DNA of 64,000 nucleotides, from the NCBI GenBank assembly GCA_038205935.1, contig JBBRBK010000005.1, positions 4,704 through 68,703 on the forward strand, in the 5' to 3' direction. The notes under the pieces were generated by a model, which made no database searches, was not told the origin of the DNA, and saw nothing but the letters and a program-made list of their open reading frames with translations. The position numbers and the translations under genes were made by a program. Numbering within the stretch: position 1 is the first letter of the stretch; each line of letters begins with the position of its first letter. Below are positions 39,193 to 48,963 of this stretch, in pieces. Source of the DNA: Campylobacterales bacterium. GTDB taxonomy: Bacteria > Campylobacterota > Campylobacteria > Campylobacterales > Sulfurimonadaceae.

Positions 39193-40779
39193 ATGAAACA
39201 ACAACCCTATGTGCCAAAAGATATAGCCGGAAAACTGGCTAAGACTTTTATTCGCAATCCTCTTACTCTGGTACTTGGAATCTTTCTGTTCGCACTTGGA
39301 TACCTTTCGCTTGAAGTTATGCCACGCGAGGAAAACCCTCAAATGGTTGTCAGCGGTTCGACTGTTATTGTGGCCCTTCCTGGAGCTACAGCTGAGGAAG
39401 TTGAACGTGTTATTGTCAAGCCATTAGAGAGAAAACTCAAAGAGGTCAAAGGTGTCGAACATATCTACGGTAGAGCTATGGATAATGTCGGTATCGTGAA
39501 TGCCGCATTTCTTATAGGCCAGAACAAAGAAGATTCAAACCTCAAAATCTACGATAAAATTATGCAAAACTCCAATATGTTTCCAAAGGGTTCCATGAAT
39601 CCAATTATCAAACCTTTGGATATTGACGTCGATATTCCTATCGTTTCTGTAGCATTTTACAGTAATGACAAAAATATGTCTGAAACAGATCTGTATGATC
39701 ATGTCAAAACGATGCAACACTATATTAATGGTTTGCCAAACGTTGCTGTTACAGACTTAAAAGGTGGACATAAGCACCAGTTTAATATTGAAGTCGATAT
39801 CAATAAACTCTCTGGATATAATCTTTCTCTCGGTCAAATTTCACAGGCTGTACAGTCTCTTGCTTACAATGTTCCAAATATTAAAAATAGAACGCAGGAC
39901 AATAAAATTGTTATTTTAGGCTTAAAGAATGCTGTTCAGACGATAGATGATGTTGGAAATATCATGGTTGCCGAATATATGGGCTCTCCAATCTATCTCA
40001 AACAAGTTGCAACTGTTACAGACGGTTATAACTATCAAAATTTTCAGTCAGCACAAATAAGTATTGAAACACAAGAGCACTCTTTTACACCTATGCAAAA
40101 TCAAGTAACCCTGACTGTATCTAAACTTCAAGGCACAAATGCGGTTGTTATATCTGATTCTGTGAAAGAGGAACTCGGCAAATACAAAGATATGCTTTCA
40201 AAAAGTGGAATTAACTATGTTATTACAAGAAATGATGGTGAGCGTGCGAATGATGCCGTCAACGAACTTGTCATGCACTTGGTTATATCTATTATTATCA
40301 TCGCTGTTCTATTGATATTTGTACTGGGATGGAGAGAATCACTGATCGTAACTTTTACAGTTCCGGCGATTCTTGCCATTACGCTCTTTGTAGCCTATCT
40401 CACAGGTCAAACCATAAATAGAATTACGCTCTTTGCCTTCTTGCTCAGCCTTGGACTTTTGGTTGATGCGGCTATTATTGTTATTGAAAATATTCACCGT
40501 CATTATCACTCTGCCGATTCCGCGCACAAAGATAAAGATGAGTTGATGATAGAAGCAACTGATGAGATTGGCGCACCAACAAATATTGCCACTTTAGCGA
40601 TCATTATGACAATGGTTCCTATGGCATTTGTCGGTCAGATGATGGGACAGTTTATGAAACCAATCCCTGCAAATGTTCCCGTGGCTCTCATAGCTTCACT
40701 TTTTGTAGCTTATATTTTCACCCCTTACCTTGCTGTAAGAATACTCAAAAGACCTAAGCATGACGAGGAGCACAAATAA
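39193..40779 (+). CDS. RND efflux transporter, N-terminal half (TM1-6 + first periplasmic loop)
   Basis: AcrB-family N-terminus (FIRNPLTLVLGIFLFALGYLSLEVMPREENPQ) and TM2-6 block with LGLLVDAAIIVIENIHRH. Ends after TM6 in a charged tail. Confidence 0.8.
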   Translation: MKQQPYVPKDIAGKLAKTFIRNPLTLVLGIFLFALGYLSLEVMPREENPQMVVSGSTVIVALPGATAEEVERVIVKPLERKLKEVKGVEHIYGRAMDNVGIVNAAFLIGQNKEDSNLKIYDKIMQNSNMFPKGSMNPIIKPLDIDVDIPIVSVAFYSNDKNMSETDLYDHVKTMQHYINGLPNVAVTDLKGGHKHQFNIEVDINKLSGYNLSLGQISQAVQSLAYNVPNIKNRTQDNKIVILGLKNAVQTIDDVGNIMVAEYMGSPIYLKQVATVTDGYNYQNFQSAQISIETQEHSFTPMQNQVTLTVSKLQGTNAVVISDSVKEELGKYKDMLSKSGINYVITRNDGERANDAVNELVMHLVISIIIIAVLLIFVLGWRESLIVTFTVPAILAITLFVAYLTGQTINRITLFAFLLSLGLLVDAAIIVIENIHRHYHSADSAHKDKDELMIEATDEIGAPTNIATLAIIMTMVPMAFVGQMMGQFMKPIPANVPVALIASLFVAYIFTPYLAVRILKRPKHDEEHK

Positions 40780-42491
40780 TGTTTAAAAAATTTGAAAAAG
40801 CCGTTTTAACTGGAATACAAAGTAAAAGTCAAAGAAAATTTATTCTTATAGGAACGGTTGTCGCTCTTATACTTTCTATCATGATGATTCCAACTGACTT
40901 AGTTTTGGCAAAAATGCTTCCTGGGAAAAATAATGATACTTATAATATTTATGTAAAATTACCTGATGGCAGCTCAATCGAGCAAACAACTAGTGTAACA
41001 AACTGTGTGGCATCTGTTATGCAAAAAGAGAAAGAGGTCACAAACCTTGAAGTCTTTTTAGGTATGGGCTCTCCTCTTGACTTTGCAGGTCTCATAAAAG
41101 GATCACAATTTAAAAACTCTGAAAATGTGGCAGAACTTGTTGTTAATCTTACAAAAAAAGATGAAAGAAAAGAGCCATCTTATATCATGGTACAACGTCT
41201 TCGTCCTGTTGTTTTAAAAGCTTGCCAACCGATAGTGCCACAAAGTGATATCTCATTTGTCGAGCCACCAGCTGGACCACCAACAATGGCAGCAATCGTT
41301 GCAGAGATCTATGGAGATAATGCCGATGGGATTAGAGTTTTATCAACTAAAGTTGAAAATATCTTCAAAAAGACTAAAGATTTAGTAGATGTCGACACGA
41401 TGGAAGATACTATTTACAGCACATTTGATATTAAAGTAGATGCAGAAAAAGCTGCACGTTCGGGTATTGCTATAAAACAAATAAACGACATCATGTATCT
41501 GGCATTCGAGGGAATGGACATTGCAGTTAAAAACTCTGCCAAATACAATGACCAAATCCCAATCTTTTTATCACTCAGTAATGATACAAAAAGATTTACA
41601 AAAAAAGATCTTGACGGAGTTCAATCAAAACTCTCAAGCCTTAAACTCATGAATAAATATGGAATGATGGTTCCTATAACAGAACTTGTATCAATTGTCC
41701 CTACACAGTCACACCCTGTTATTATAAGCAAAGATCTTCATCAAATGACAAATGTTATGGCTGAGACAGATATGGTTTCTCAAGTCTATCCACTCATAGA
41801 TGCAAGAGCAGTCATTTTAAAAGAGCTTTCAAATGATTATGAGATCACAAAAACAGGACTCTTTGATCTCCAACTCAAAGATAAAAAAAGTGGTGAGATT
41901 TATCAGCTTAAATGGGATGGAGAGATGAAAGTAACACTTGATACTTTCAGAGACCTCGGCGGTGCTTTTATCGCAGCACTGATACTTATTTTCTTACTTA
42001 TGGTTATCTATTATAAAAGCTATACCCTCAGCGGCATTATATTAGCAGGAAGTTTTCTTTCCATCATCGGCGTAATAGTGGGACACTGGATTATGAATCT
42101 TTTCACTGCAGATACTTTCTTTTTGACAGCGACATCGCTCATCGGCTTTATCGCCCTTATCGGGATAAGTTCACGTAACTCACTTCTACTAATTGATTTT
42201 ACAAAATCATTAATGTATGACAAAGCTATGCCAAAAGCTGAAGCCATCGCATACGCAACAGCAACACGCGCTAAACCAATTTTCTTAACAGCTGTGGCTA
42301 TTATTCTGGCTTCAACTTTACTTGCTGGAGACGCGGTATTTGGAGGTCTTGGTGTTTCACTAATATTTGGAACTATTGCAGCGGTTATCGCTTCTTTAAT
42401 AGTAGTACCTATACTTTTATACAACGCAGATTTAGAAAAACAATTTCAATTTCATGAAAAGAAAGCTGTTTCTATAGCAGACCCTCTTTAA
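40779..42491 (+). CDS. RND efflux transporter, C-terminal half (TM7-12 + second periplasmic loop)
   Basis: Starts at the TAATG overlap with its own GAGGAG 9 nt upstream. Has TM7, a second large loop and the TM8-12 block (GFIALIGISSRNSLLLIDF). Confidence 0.8.
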   Translation: MFKKFEKAVLTGIQSKSQRKFILIGTVVALILSIMMIPTDLVLAKMLPGKNNDTYNIYVKLPDGSSIEQTTSVTNCVASVMQKEKEVTNLEVFLGMGSPLDFAGLIKGSQFKNSENVAELVVNLTKKDERKEPSYIMVQRLRPVVLKACQPIVPQSDISFVEPPAGPPTMAAIVAEIYGDNADGIRVLSTKVENIFKKTKDLVDVDTMEDTIYSTFDIKVDAEKAARSGIAIKQINDIMYLAFEGMDIAVKNSAKYNDQIPIFLSLSNDTKRFTKKDLDGVQSKLSSLKLMNKYGMMVPITELVSIVPTQSHPVIISKDLHQMTNVMAETDMVSQVYPLIDARAVILKELSNDYEITKTGLFDLQLKDKKSGEIYQLKWDGEMKVTLDTFRDLGGAFIAALILIFLLMVIYYKSYTLSGIILAGSFLSIIGVIVGHWIMNLFTADTFFLTATSLIGFIALIGISSRNSLLLIDFTKSLMYDKAMPKAEAIAYATATRAKPIFLTAVAIILASTLLAGDAVFGGLGVSLIFGTIAAVIASLIVVPILLYNADLEKQFQFHEKKAVSIADPL

Positions 42492-42498
42492 TCTTCAC

Positions 42499-42536
42499 CT
42501 CTTACATGTAAAGCTTTTTTAGTCTACATGTAAGAG
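42499..42536 (+). terminator. Hairpin made of two inverted copies of the TACATGTA motif, 8 nt after the RND stop
   Basis: CTCTTACATGTA (42499-42510) and TACATGTAAGAG (42525-42536) are exact reverse complements, separated by a 14-nt loop AAGCTTTTTTAGTC. Followed by CTCTCATTTT. Confidence 0.45.
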
Positions 42537-42616
42537 CTCTCATTTTAAATTCTACATATTTATATATATTAAGATAAATTATTGACTAGCTTTTAATTCA
42601 TAAGAAGAGAGAAGAT

Positions 42617-42643
42617 TTAGACAGAAGGATACCTTCTGTCTAA
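42617..42643 (-). terminator. Putative intrinsic terminator of serA
   Basis: TTAGACAGAAGG-ATA-CCTTCTGTCTAA: a 12-bp perfect stem with a 3-nt loop, 12 nt downstream of the serA stop. On the minus strand it is followed by a pyrimidine-rich AUCUUCUCUCUUCUUA tail, which is not a clean U-run. Confidence 0.5.
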
Positions 42644-42655
42644 GAAATAAGAAGA

Positions 42656-44242
42656 TTAAATTTTTGCGTAAGTTACACTGATACAAGCATCAAGGTTACT
42701 AAGTTCTTTAAGTACATTTTCACTCACTGCGCTATCTACGATGATAACTGCAAGTGCTTCTGACTTAGAATTTCTTCCAAGACGGAAATCTGAGATATTG
42801 ACATTATTAGTTGCCAAAATAGTACCCACGCTTCCGATAACTCCTGGAACGTCAGTATTCTTAAAGAAAATCATATTACCTTTTAAAGCTACATCAACGC
42901 TAAATCCATCGATCTCTACGATACGTTGGATATTATCATCAAATATCGTAGCTCTGATAGTTGTGACTGCTTTATCAGTTGTAAGTTTTACAGTGATAAG
43001 ATTTTTATAAACAGATGAGTCAGCTAAAGCTTCAGTCTCTACTTTGATCCCTTTTTCATTTGCGATAAAATCAGCATTTACATAGTTAATCGTATCTCCA
43101 CTACTTTCAGCTAAAGCGCCAACCGTCACAAATGTTGAAAGAGAATCAACAAACTCAGCGATCGGGCCTTGTCCGCTTACTTTGATAGAAACAACTGGAG
43201 CGCGATTTTTTTGAGAAGCTAGAAAGCCAAGTTTTTGTCCCATTTCCAAATACGGTTTTACAAACGCAGGAATTTTACTTTCATCAATTGGAAGATTGAG
43301 CGCATTTGGATACGAGATCCCTTTTGCCGCTTGAATAGCTTGCTCCGCCGCTTCAGTTCCGATGTTGTATTGAGATTCATACGTATTTGCACCTAAATGT
43401 GGAGAAACGATGATATTATCTAAGTCAAGTAAAGGATTGCTAGTAGCTGGCTCTTTGACAAAAACATCAATACCTGCAAAACGGATTTTTCCAGATTTAA
43501 GACCATTATAAAGAGCTTCTTCATTGTAAAGACCACCACGAGCACAGTTCACTAAAACCACACCGTCTTTCATCTTTGCAATCTCTGCTTCATTGATAAT
43601 ATTGACCGTTTCACTGTTTTTTGGAGTGTGGATAGTAATAATATCACAGGCCAAAATATCTTCAAAATTATTAGTATGAACCATATCAAGATCAGTTACT
43701 TTAGATGGGTGAATATATGGATCGTAAGCAACGATATCCATCTCAAAAGCTTTTGCACGTTTTGCGACGCGTGAACCAATATTACCAAAACCGATAACAC
43801 CTAGTTTTTTCCCTTTAAGCTCATAACCATACCATTTTTCACGTTTCCAAATACGTTGATTTTTCAAGTGATCATGTGAATATGGAAACATTCTCATACA
43901 TGAAAGCATGTGCGCCATTGTAAGCTCAACGGCTGCAATAGTATTTGCAGTAGGCACATTCATAACGATGATACCCTCTTTTGAACAACCCTCTATGTCA
44001 ACATTATCAACACCGACACCAGCGCGCACAATTGCTTTCATATTTTTAGCTGCTGCTATAAATTTAGCATCAACATCAGTCGAACTGCGAGTAATTGCTA
44101 TATCAGCATTTTCAAGCATTCCTAAAAGTTCTGTTTTATCTACGTCTGCCGCAAAAACATAATTGATACTTGGATCATTTTGAAGCATTGCAAGCCCAGC
44201 TTCATGAATATGGTCACAAACTATTACTGTACTTTTTTCCAT
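42656..44242 (-). CDS. serA: D-3-phosphoglycerate dehydrogenase (long form with ACT domain)
   Basis: GKKLGVIGFGNIGSRVA NAD motif, the catalytic region SPHLGA, and a C-terminal ACT-like region. 528 aa. Confidence 0.9.
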   Translation of the reverse strand: MEKSTVIVCDHIHEAGLAMLQNDPSINYVFAADVDKTELLGMLENADIAITRSSTDVDAKFIAAAKNMKAIVRAGVGVDNVDIEGCSKEGIIVMNVPTANTIAAVELTMAHMLSCMRMFPYSHDHLKNQRIWKREKWYGYELKGKKLGVIGFGNIGSRVAKRAKAFEMDIVAYDPYIHPSKVTDLDMVHTNNFEDILACDIITIHTPKNSETVNIINEAEIAKMKDGVVLVNCARGGLYNEEALYNGLKSGKIRFAGIDVFVKEPATSNPLLDLDNIIVSPHLGANTYESQYNIGTEAAEQAIQAAKGISYPNALNLPIDESKIPAFVKPYLEMGQKLGFLASQKNRAPVVSIKVSGQGPIAEFVDSLSTFVTVGALAESSGDTINYVNADFIANEKGIKVETEALADSSVYKNLITVKLTTDKAVTTIRATIFDDNIQRIVEIDGFSVDVALKGNMIFFKNTDVPGVIGSVGTILATNNVNISDFRLGRNSKSEALAVIIVDSAVSENVLKELSNLDACISVTYAKI

Positions 44243-44721
44243 TGTTTCTCCTCTTTATAAGGCAAAATTTTTGCACTTATATCATAAGTATTTAAAGCTT
44301 TTTCTAAAAGATCCAATTTACTTTTATCATCTAGATAGAGAAGTATTTTGGTATCTCCTTGATTTTTATTTAAAAAATAACGCACATTATACTGTTTTAA
44401 TACTTCTTGTAAACAAAATAATTTATAAGCATCAGAAACAGGTGCATCTAACTGATAAGTCTTGGTCGTAGTGTTTTGCTCATTAAGATCCAAATTAATG
44501 TAAATCTCATTTACAGGATAATAATATCCACTCTGTTCACTTTTGGAGAAATGATTTAGCCACATACTTTCGGGCTCATCATCTTGTGTTTTTATATTTG
44601 TTGTTTGAAGTTTGTCTACTTGAGTATTTTCCGATGGGTTAATCTTAATTAAAAAAACTACAATAAAAATGGCTACCCCAACTGTTATAATTGGAGTCAG
44701 CCATTTAAATGCTTTATGCAT
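44224..44721 (-). CDS. Hypothetical membrane-anchored protein
   Basis: 165-aa ORF between rpsA and serA with one N-terminal TM segment. Confidence 0.45.
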   Translation of the reverse strand: MHKAFKWLTPIITVGVAIFIVVFLIKINPSENTQVDKLQTTNIKTQDDEPESMWLNHFSKSEQSGYYYPVNEIYINLDLNEQNTTTKTYQLDAPVSDAYKLFCLQEVLKQYNVRYFLNKNQGDTKILLYLDDKSKLDLLEKALNTYDISAKILPYKEEKQWKKVQ

Positions 44722-44722
44722 T

Positions 44723-46384
44723 TTATTGTAGTTGATCTTTTATCAAATCACCTAGAGAGTGTGATTCATTGTCGTTGATCTCATTCATCAACTCTTGGTT
44801 TTTGATGTAATCAAGTTTTTTGATTGATAAACGGATACGGTCACGACGAGTGTCGATAGACGCGATAGCTGCTTCTATATCTGAACCAATAGTTAATTCC
44901 TCTTTTACAAGTGGAGCTAAATCTTCATCACGGATAAGAGCATCAATACCATCATCAAGTTGAACGAAGATACCGAAATCTTTGATATCACGGATTTTTC
45001 CATGAACTAATTGATTTACTTTATGTGTCGTTGCAAATTTATCGATCGGGCTTTCTTGTAAAGCTTTGGAGTTTAAAGAGATTTTTTGATCTTCTTTATT
45101 GATTTTTGCAATTTTAACTTTTACTTCTTCGCCAACTTTGAGCATCTCTTTACATTTAAAGTTTTTCTCCCAGCTTGCGTCTTGGTTATGTAATAAGCCT
45201 TCAACAGTACCGATACGAACAAACGCACCAAAATCAGTTAAAGATGTAACAACACCATCAACTACGTCACCTTCGTGAAAGTTTTTTGTAAACTCATCAA
45301 ACGGTTTTGGTAAAAGACGTTTGAGTGACACACGGAGTTTATGAGTCTTAGGATTAATCTCTATAACTTCAACATCAAGCTCTTGACCAACAGTTAAATA
45401 ATCAGCAGGATTTTTAACGTTTTTGTCCCAAGTGATTTCAGAGATGTGTAAGAAACCTTCAATATCATTTCCAAGGTCTACAAATACACCATAAGCTTCT
45501 ACATTGCTTACAGTTACTGTAATTGTATCGCCTTCGTCTAATTCATCTTCAACTTCTGCCCAAGGATCTGGCTGAACAGCTTTGATAGAAAGTGAAAGAT
45601 GACGTTTGTCTTTATCATAAGAGATTGCTTTTACAGTTACAACATCACCCTCTTTATAAAGTTTTGAAGGATTTACCGGACCTTTATAAGAGATCTCATT
45701 GTAGTGAACTAAACCATCAACACCACCAACATCTACGAACATGCCGTAGCTAGTGATCTTTTTGATTGTTCCCTCAACAATTACATCTTCTGCCATCAAT
45801 GCATCAATGATCTCTTTTTTACGTTTACGCTCTTCGTTGAAGAGTTTACGACGTGAAACAACGATAGCCATTTCAGCCTGATCAATCTTAACTACTTGAG
45901 CTTTGATTTTACGTCCAATTACTTCTTCATTGTCTTTAAAAGCTGCCAATGAACGAGGCATAAAGAATGATACATCATCCGCTTCTACCACATAACCACC
46001 ACGATTTTTCTTAGTGATTGTACCTTCGATGATAAGTTCTTCAAAATCATCTTTATGAGCCTCAATGAAATCAAGAGTTTTCTTTTGCTCCAATACCTTT
46101 TTATAAGATATTTTCGGACGCTCATTGTAGTGACCTGTTACCATAACAGTAATTTTATCACCTACAGCGAATGTTAATTCTCCGTTTTCATCACGTAATT
46201 CATCTAAACTAAGAATACCTTCTAGTTTATCGCCTACGCCTACTAAAGCTCTGTTTTCATCTAATTGTATTTCTACGATTTCGCCTTCTGTTATACGGTT
46301 TGATTCTTGCTCTTTAAGAGACGCTTCAAACATTTCAGCAAAATTTTCTTCTTCAAATGGTTCGTTATCGATTGCCATACTCAT
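44723..46384 (-). CDS. rpsA: 30S ribosomal protein S1
   Basis: Six S1 repeats (for example GTIKKITSYGMFVDVGGVDGLVH and VTVSNVEAYGVFVDLGNDIEGFLH). Confidence 0.92.
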   Translation of the reverse strand: MSMAIDNEPFEEENFAEMFEASLKEQESNRITEGEIVEIQLDENRALVGVGDKLEGILSLDELRDENGELTFAVGDKITVMVTGHYNERPKISYKKVLEQKKTLDFIEAHKDDFEELIIEGTITKKNRGGYVVEADDVSFFMPRSLAAFKDNEEVIGRKIKAQVVKIDQAEMAIVVSRRKLFNEERKRKKEIIDALMAEDVIVEGTIKKITSYGMFVDVGGVDGLVHYNEISYKGPVNPSKLYKEGDVVTVKAISYDKDKRHLSLSIKAVQPDPWAEVEDELDEGDTITVTVSNVEAYGVFVDLGNDIEGFLHISEITWDKNVKNPADYLTVGQELDVEVIEINPKTHKLRVSLKRLLPKPFDEFTKNFHEGDVVDGVVTSLTDFGAFVRIGTVEGLLHNQDASWEKNFKCKEMLKVGEEVKVKIAKINKEDQKISLNSKALQESPIDKFATTHKVNQLVHGKIRDIKDFGIFVQLDDGIDALIRDEDLAPLVKEELTIGSDIEAAIASIDTRRDRIRLSIKKLDYIKNQELMNEINDNESHSLGDLIKDQLQ

Positions 46385-46471
46385 TTCCCTTGTTACATAT
46401 AAAATTCCGTAAGTGTACCTAAAAAAGAGTTACAGATATATTAATTTGCCAATTTTTCCAATAAAAAAAGA

Positions 46472-46477
46472 TATAAT
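46472..46477 (+). promoter_or_regulatory. Candidate -10 box TATAAT for pgm
   Basis: Perfect TATAAT preceded by an A-tract, 31 nt before the ATG at 46509. AAGGA SD at 46497-46501. Confidence 0.3.
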
Positions 46478-46508
46478 CGAAGTATAAAAAGTTGATCAAG
46501 GAATAACA

Positions 46509-48107
46509 ATGGCATCTATTTTAGCAGGGAAAAAAGCACCAACAGAGATATTGGTTAATGTTGCGGATCTCATCAGTAGTTACTACACTACAAAACCAGA
46601 TTTAAACAATCAAACAAACAGAGTTGCTTTTGGTACTTCTGGCCACCGTGGAAGCGCATTTGCTGGAAGTTTTAATGAAGATCACATTTTAGCCATCACA
46701 CAAGCTGTGTGTGAATACAGAAAAGACAAAGTAAACAATCAGCTTTTCATAGGTATGGACACACACGCTCTTTCAACTTCTGCTCATAAAACGGCACTTG
46801 AAGTACTAGCGGCAAATGAAGTAACTACCTATTATACGCTCAAGTACACGCCTACGCCTGTTATTTCCAATGCTATTCTCACACACCAAGATACAGACGG
46901 CATCGTCGTAACTCCTTCCCATAATCCCCCAGAAGATGGAGGTTTCAAATATAACGCGACCAACGGCGGACCTGCAAATGAAGATATTACAAAGTGGATC
47001 GAAAACAGAGCTAATGAAATTTTGGAAAATGGATTAAAAGATGTAAAACGCCTTCCGATTGAAGATGCACTCAAATCTCAGTATCTCATCGAATATGATT
47101 TTGTTACGCCTTATGTAGAAGGCTTGCAAGATGTGCTAGACATGCAAGCGATCAAAGATGCTAACATTTCCATTGGTGCTGATGCGCTTGGAGGTGCTGG
47201 TATGGAGTATTATCACGCGATTAAAAAACGTTACGATCTGAATATGACTATTTTTCATGATACGCCAGATTTTACATTTTCATTTATGCACTGTGACAAA
47301 GATGGGAAAATCCGCATGGATTGTTCAAGTCCGTATGCGATGGCTGGTCTTATTGCTATGAAAGATGATTTTGACATTTCTTTTGGAAATGATACAGATT
47401 TTGACAGACACGGCATTGTCACAAAAAGTAAAGGACTTTTAAATCCAAATCATTATCTCTCAGTCGCCATCGATTATTTAGCTAAAAACAGAGATTTTTC
47501 TGGTCTTGGTGTGGGTAAAACACTTGTAAGCAGTTCTATGATAGACCGAATCTGCGAAGATAACGGCATCAAAGTACACGAAACTCCAGTGGGATTTAAA
47601 TGGTTTGTAGAGCCTTTGATAGACGGCGAAATATTTTTCGGAGGAGAAGAGAGTGCAGGTGCGAGCTTTTTAAGAAAAGACAAAAAAATCTGGAGTACCG
47701 ACAAAGATGGCATTATCATGACACTTTTAAGTGCTGAGATACTCGCTATTACAGGAATTGATCCAGGTGAATATTATGAAAATCTCACCAAAAAACATGG
47801 AGCGCCTATCTATGCCAGAATCGATGCTCCGGCAAATCTTAAGCAAAAAAACATCCTCAAAAACCTCTCACCAGAAGCTATAAAAACCACAACTCTTGCG
47901 GGAGAAAATATAGAAAAAATCCTCACATCTGCAGACAACGGGGCAAAAATAGGCGGGCTCAAAGTTGTGGCAAAAAATGGCTGGTTTGCCCTTCGTCCAT
48001 CAGGAACTGAGGATGTTTATAAGATCTACGCAGAGAGTTTCATCGATGAAGCACATTTAAAAATGATACAAACAGAGGCACAGGAGATCGTAAACTCACT
48101 CTTTTGA
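46509..48107 (+). CDS. pgm: Phosphoglucomutase (alpha-D-glucose phosphate-specific)
   Basis: FGTSGHRGS active-site loop, GNDTDFDRHGIV metal loop, GGEESAG sugar loop. Confidence 0.9.
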   Translation: MASILAGKKAPTEILVNVADLISSYYTTKPDLNNQTNRVAFGTSGHRGSAFAGSFNEDHILAITQAVCEYRKDKVNNQLFIGMDTHALSTSAHKTALEVLAANEVTTYYTLKYTPTPVISNAILTHQDTDGIVVTPSHNPPEDGGFKYNATNGGPANEDITKWIENRANEILENGLKDVKRLPIEDALKSQYLIEYDFVTPYVEGLQDVLDMQAIKDANISIGADALGGAGMEYYHAIKKRYDLNMTIFHDTPDFTFSFMHCDKDGKIRMDCSSPYAMAGLIAMKDDFDISFGNDTDFDRHGIVTKSKGLLNPNHYLSVAIDYLAKNRDFSGLGVGKTLVSSSMIDRICEDNGIKVHETPVGFKWFVEPLIDGEIFFGGEESAGASFLRKDKKIWSTDKDGIIMTLLSAEILAITGIDPGEYYENLTKKHGAPIYARIDAPANLKQKNILKNLSPEAIKTTTLAGENIEKILTSADNGAKIGGLKVVAKNGWFALRPSGTEDVYKIYAESFIDEAHLKMIQTEAQEIVNSLF

Positions 48108-48132
48108 TGTAACAAAAAAGTGCTATGATTGT

Positions 48133-48150
48133 CTCCTTACATGTAAGGAG
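48133..48150 (+). terminator. 18-bp perfect palindrome CTCCTTACATGTAAGGAG (hairpin + UUUUCU) between pgm and the USP-like gene; the 3' arm is the downstream Shine-Dalgarno
   Basis: Read directly. AAGGAG (48145-48150) lies 6 nt before the ATG at 48157. The hairpin has a 7-bp stem and a CATG loop, followed by TTTTCT. Confidence 0.5.
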
Positions 48151-48156
48151 TTTTCT

Positions 48157-48963
48157 ATGCGAGTTATAAGTTTTATAAACGGTTCTTTGATCTCGGAAAG
48201 CGCATCACTCTATGCTCTTCATTATGCCAAAGAGATGAAATTAAAAATTGATTTTATCCATATTGAAAGTCAAGATAATCTCAGTGAGGTACAAGCAAGC
48301 TTCAAAAAGCTCACATTACTAGCAGATTCTTATGAAGTTGAAAATGAATTTCTCCTCTTTGACAGCTTCGATGGTGCCAAGGAATATCTCACAAGTAAAG
48401 AGCTCGATGTTATCTTTTGTGCCACAAGACATAACCACTCTTTTTTTGAAAAATCCTTTGCCCAAACCCTTCTTAAAGCCAATATCAAAACTGATTTGGC
48501 AATCGTGAAAGTTCTCAAGCTCTCCATGCAAGAGAGTGTCGATAAAATTGTAATGCCAATCAGAGGTTCAAAACTTTCTGTAAAAAAATTCACTTTTTTC
48601 TCAGCTTTCACTCTTGCTTACAATGCAAAAGCTGAGATCTATTCTTTAGATAAATCTTCAAAGGGTGAAATGGCCAATCTTTCTATTCAACAAGAAAGAG
48701 AACGTTTCCAAGAGATTTTATTTAATCTCAAACACTATTTTACACTTGCAAAAATGATGCACCTTAAATTTTCCATCAAGCATAATTTTGCACTTTTAGC
48801 AGATGAAAAAATTAAAGCTCATATTGTAAAAAATAACTATGATCTTGCCATAGTCGGCGGGCATCACGACAAAACTTTTTTTGGACACCATCCCATCGAT
48901 ATCTTATTTGAAACTCCAATCACAAACACACTCTTCTTTATTCCTTACAAAGATCAGGTATGA
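48157..48963 (+). CDS. Tandem universal-stress-protein-like protein
   Basis: 268 aa. Two USP-like halves (MRVISFINGS...; VDKIVMPIRGS...AIVGGHH). ATGA overlap with the downstream P-type ATPase. Confidence 0.45.
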   Translation: MRVISFINGSLISESASLYALHYAKEMKLKIDFIHIESQDNLSEVQASFKKLTLLADSYEVENEFLLFDSFDGAKEYLTSKELDVIFCATRHNHSFFEKSFAQTLLKANIKTDLAIVKVLKLSMQESVDKIVMPIRGSKLSVKKFTFFSAFTLAYNAKAEIYSLDKSSKGEMANLSIQQERERFQEILFNLKHYFTLAKMMHLKFSIKHNFALLADEKIKAHIVKNNYDLAIVGGHHDKTFFGHHPIDILFETPITNTLFFIPYKDQV

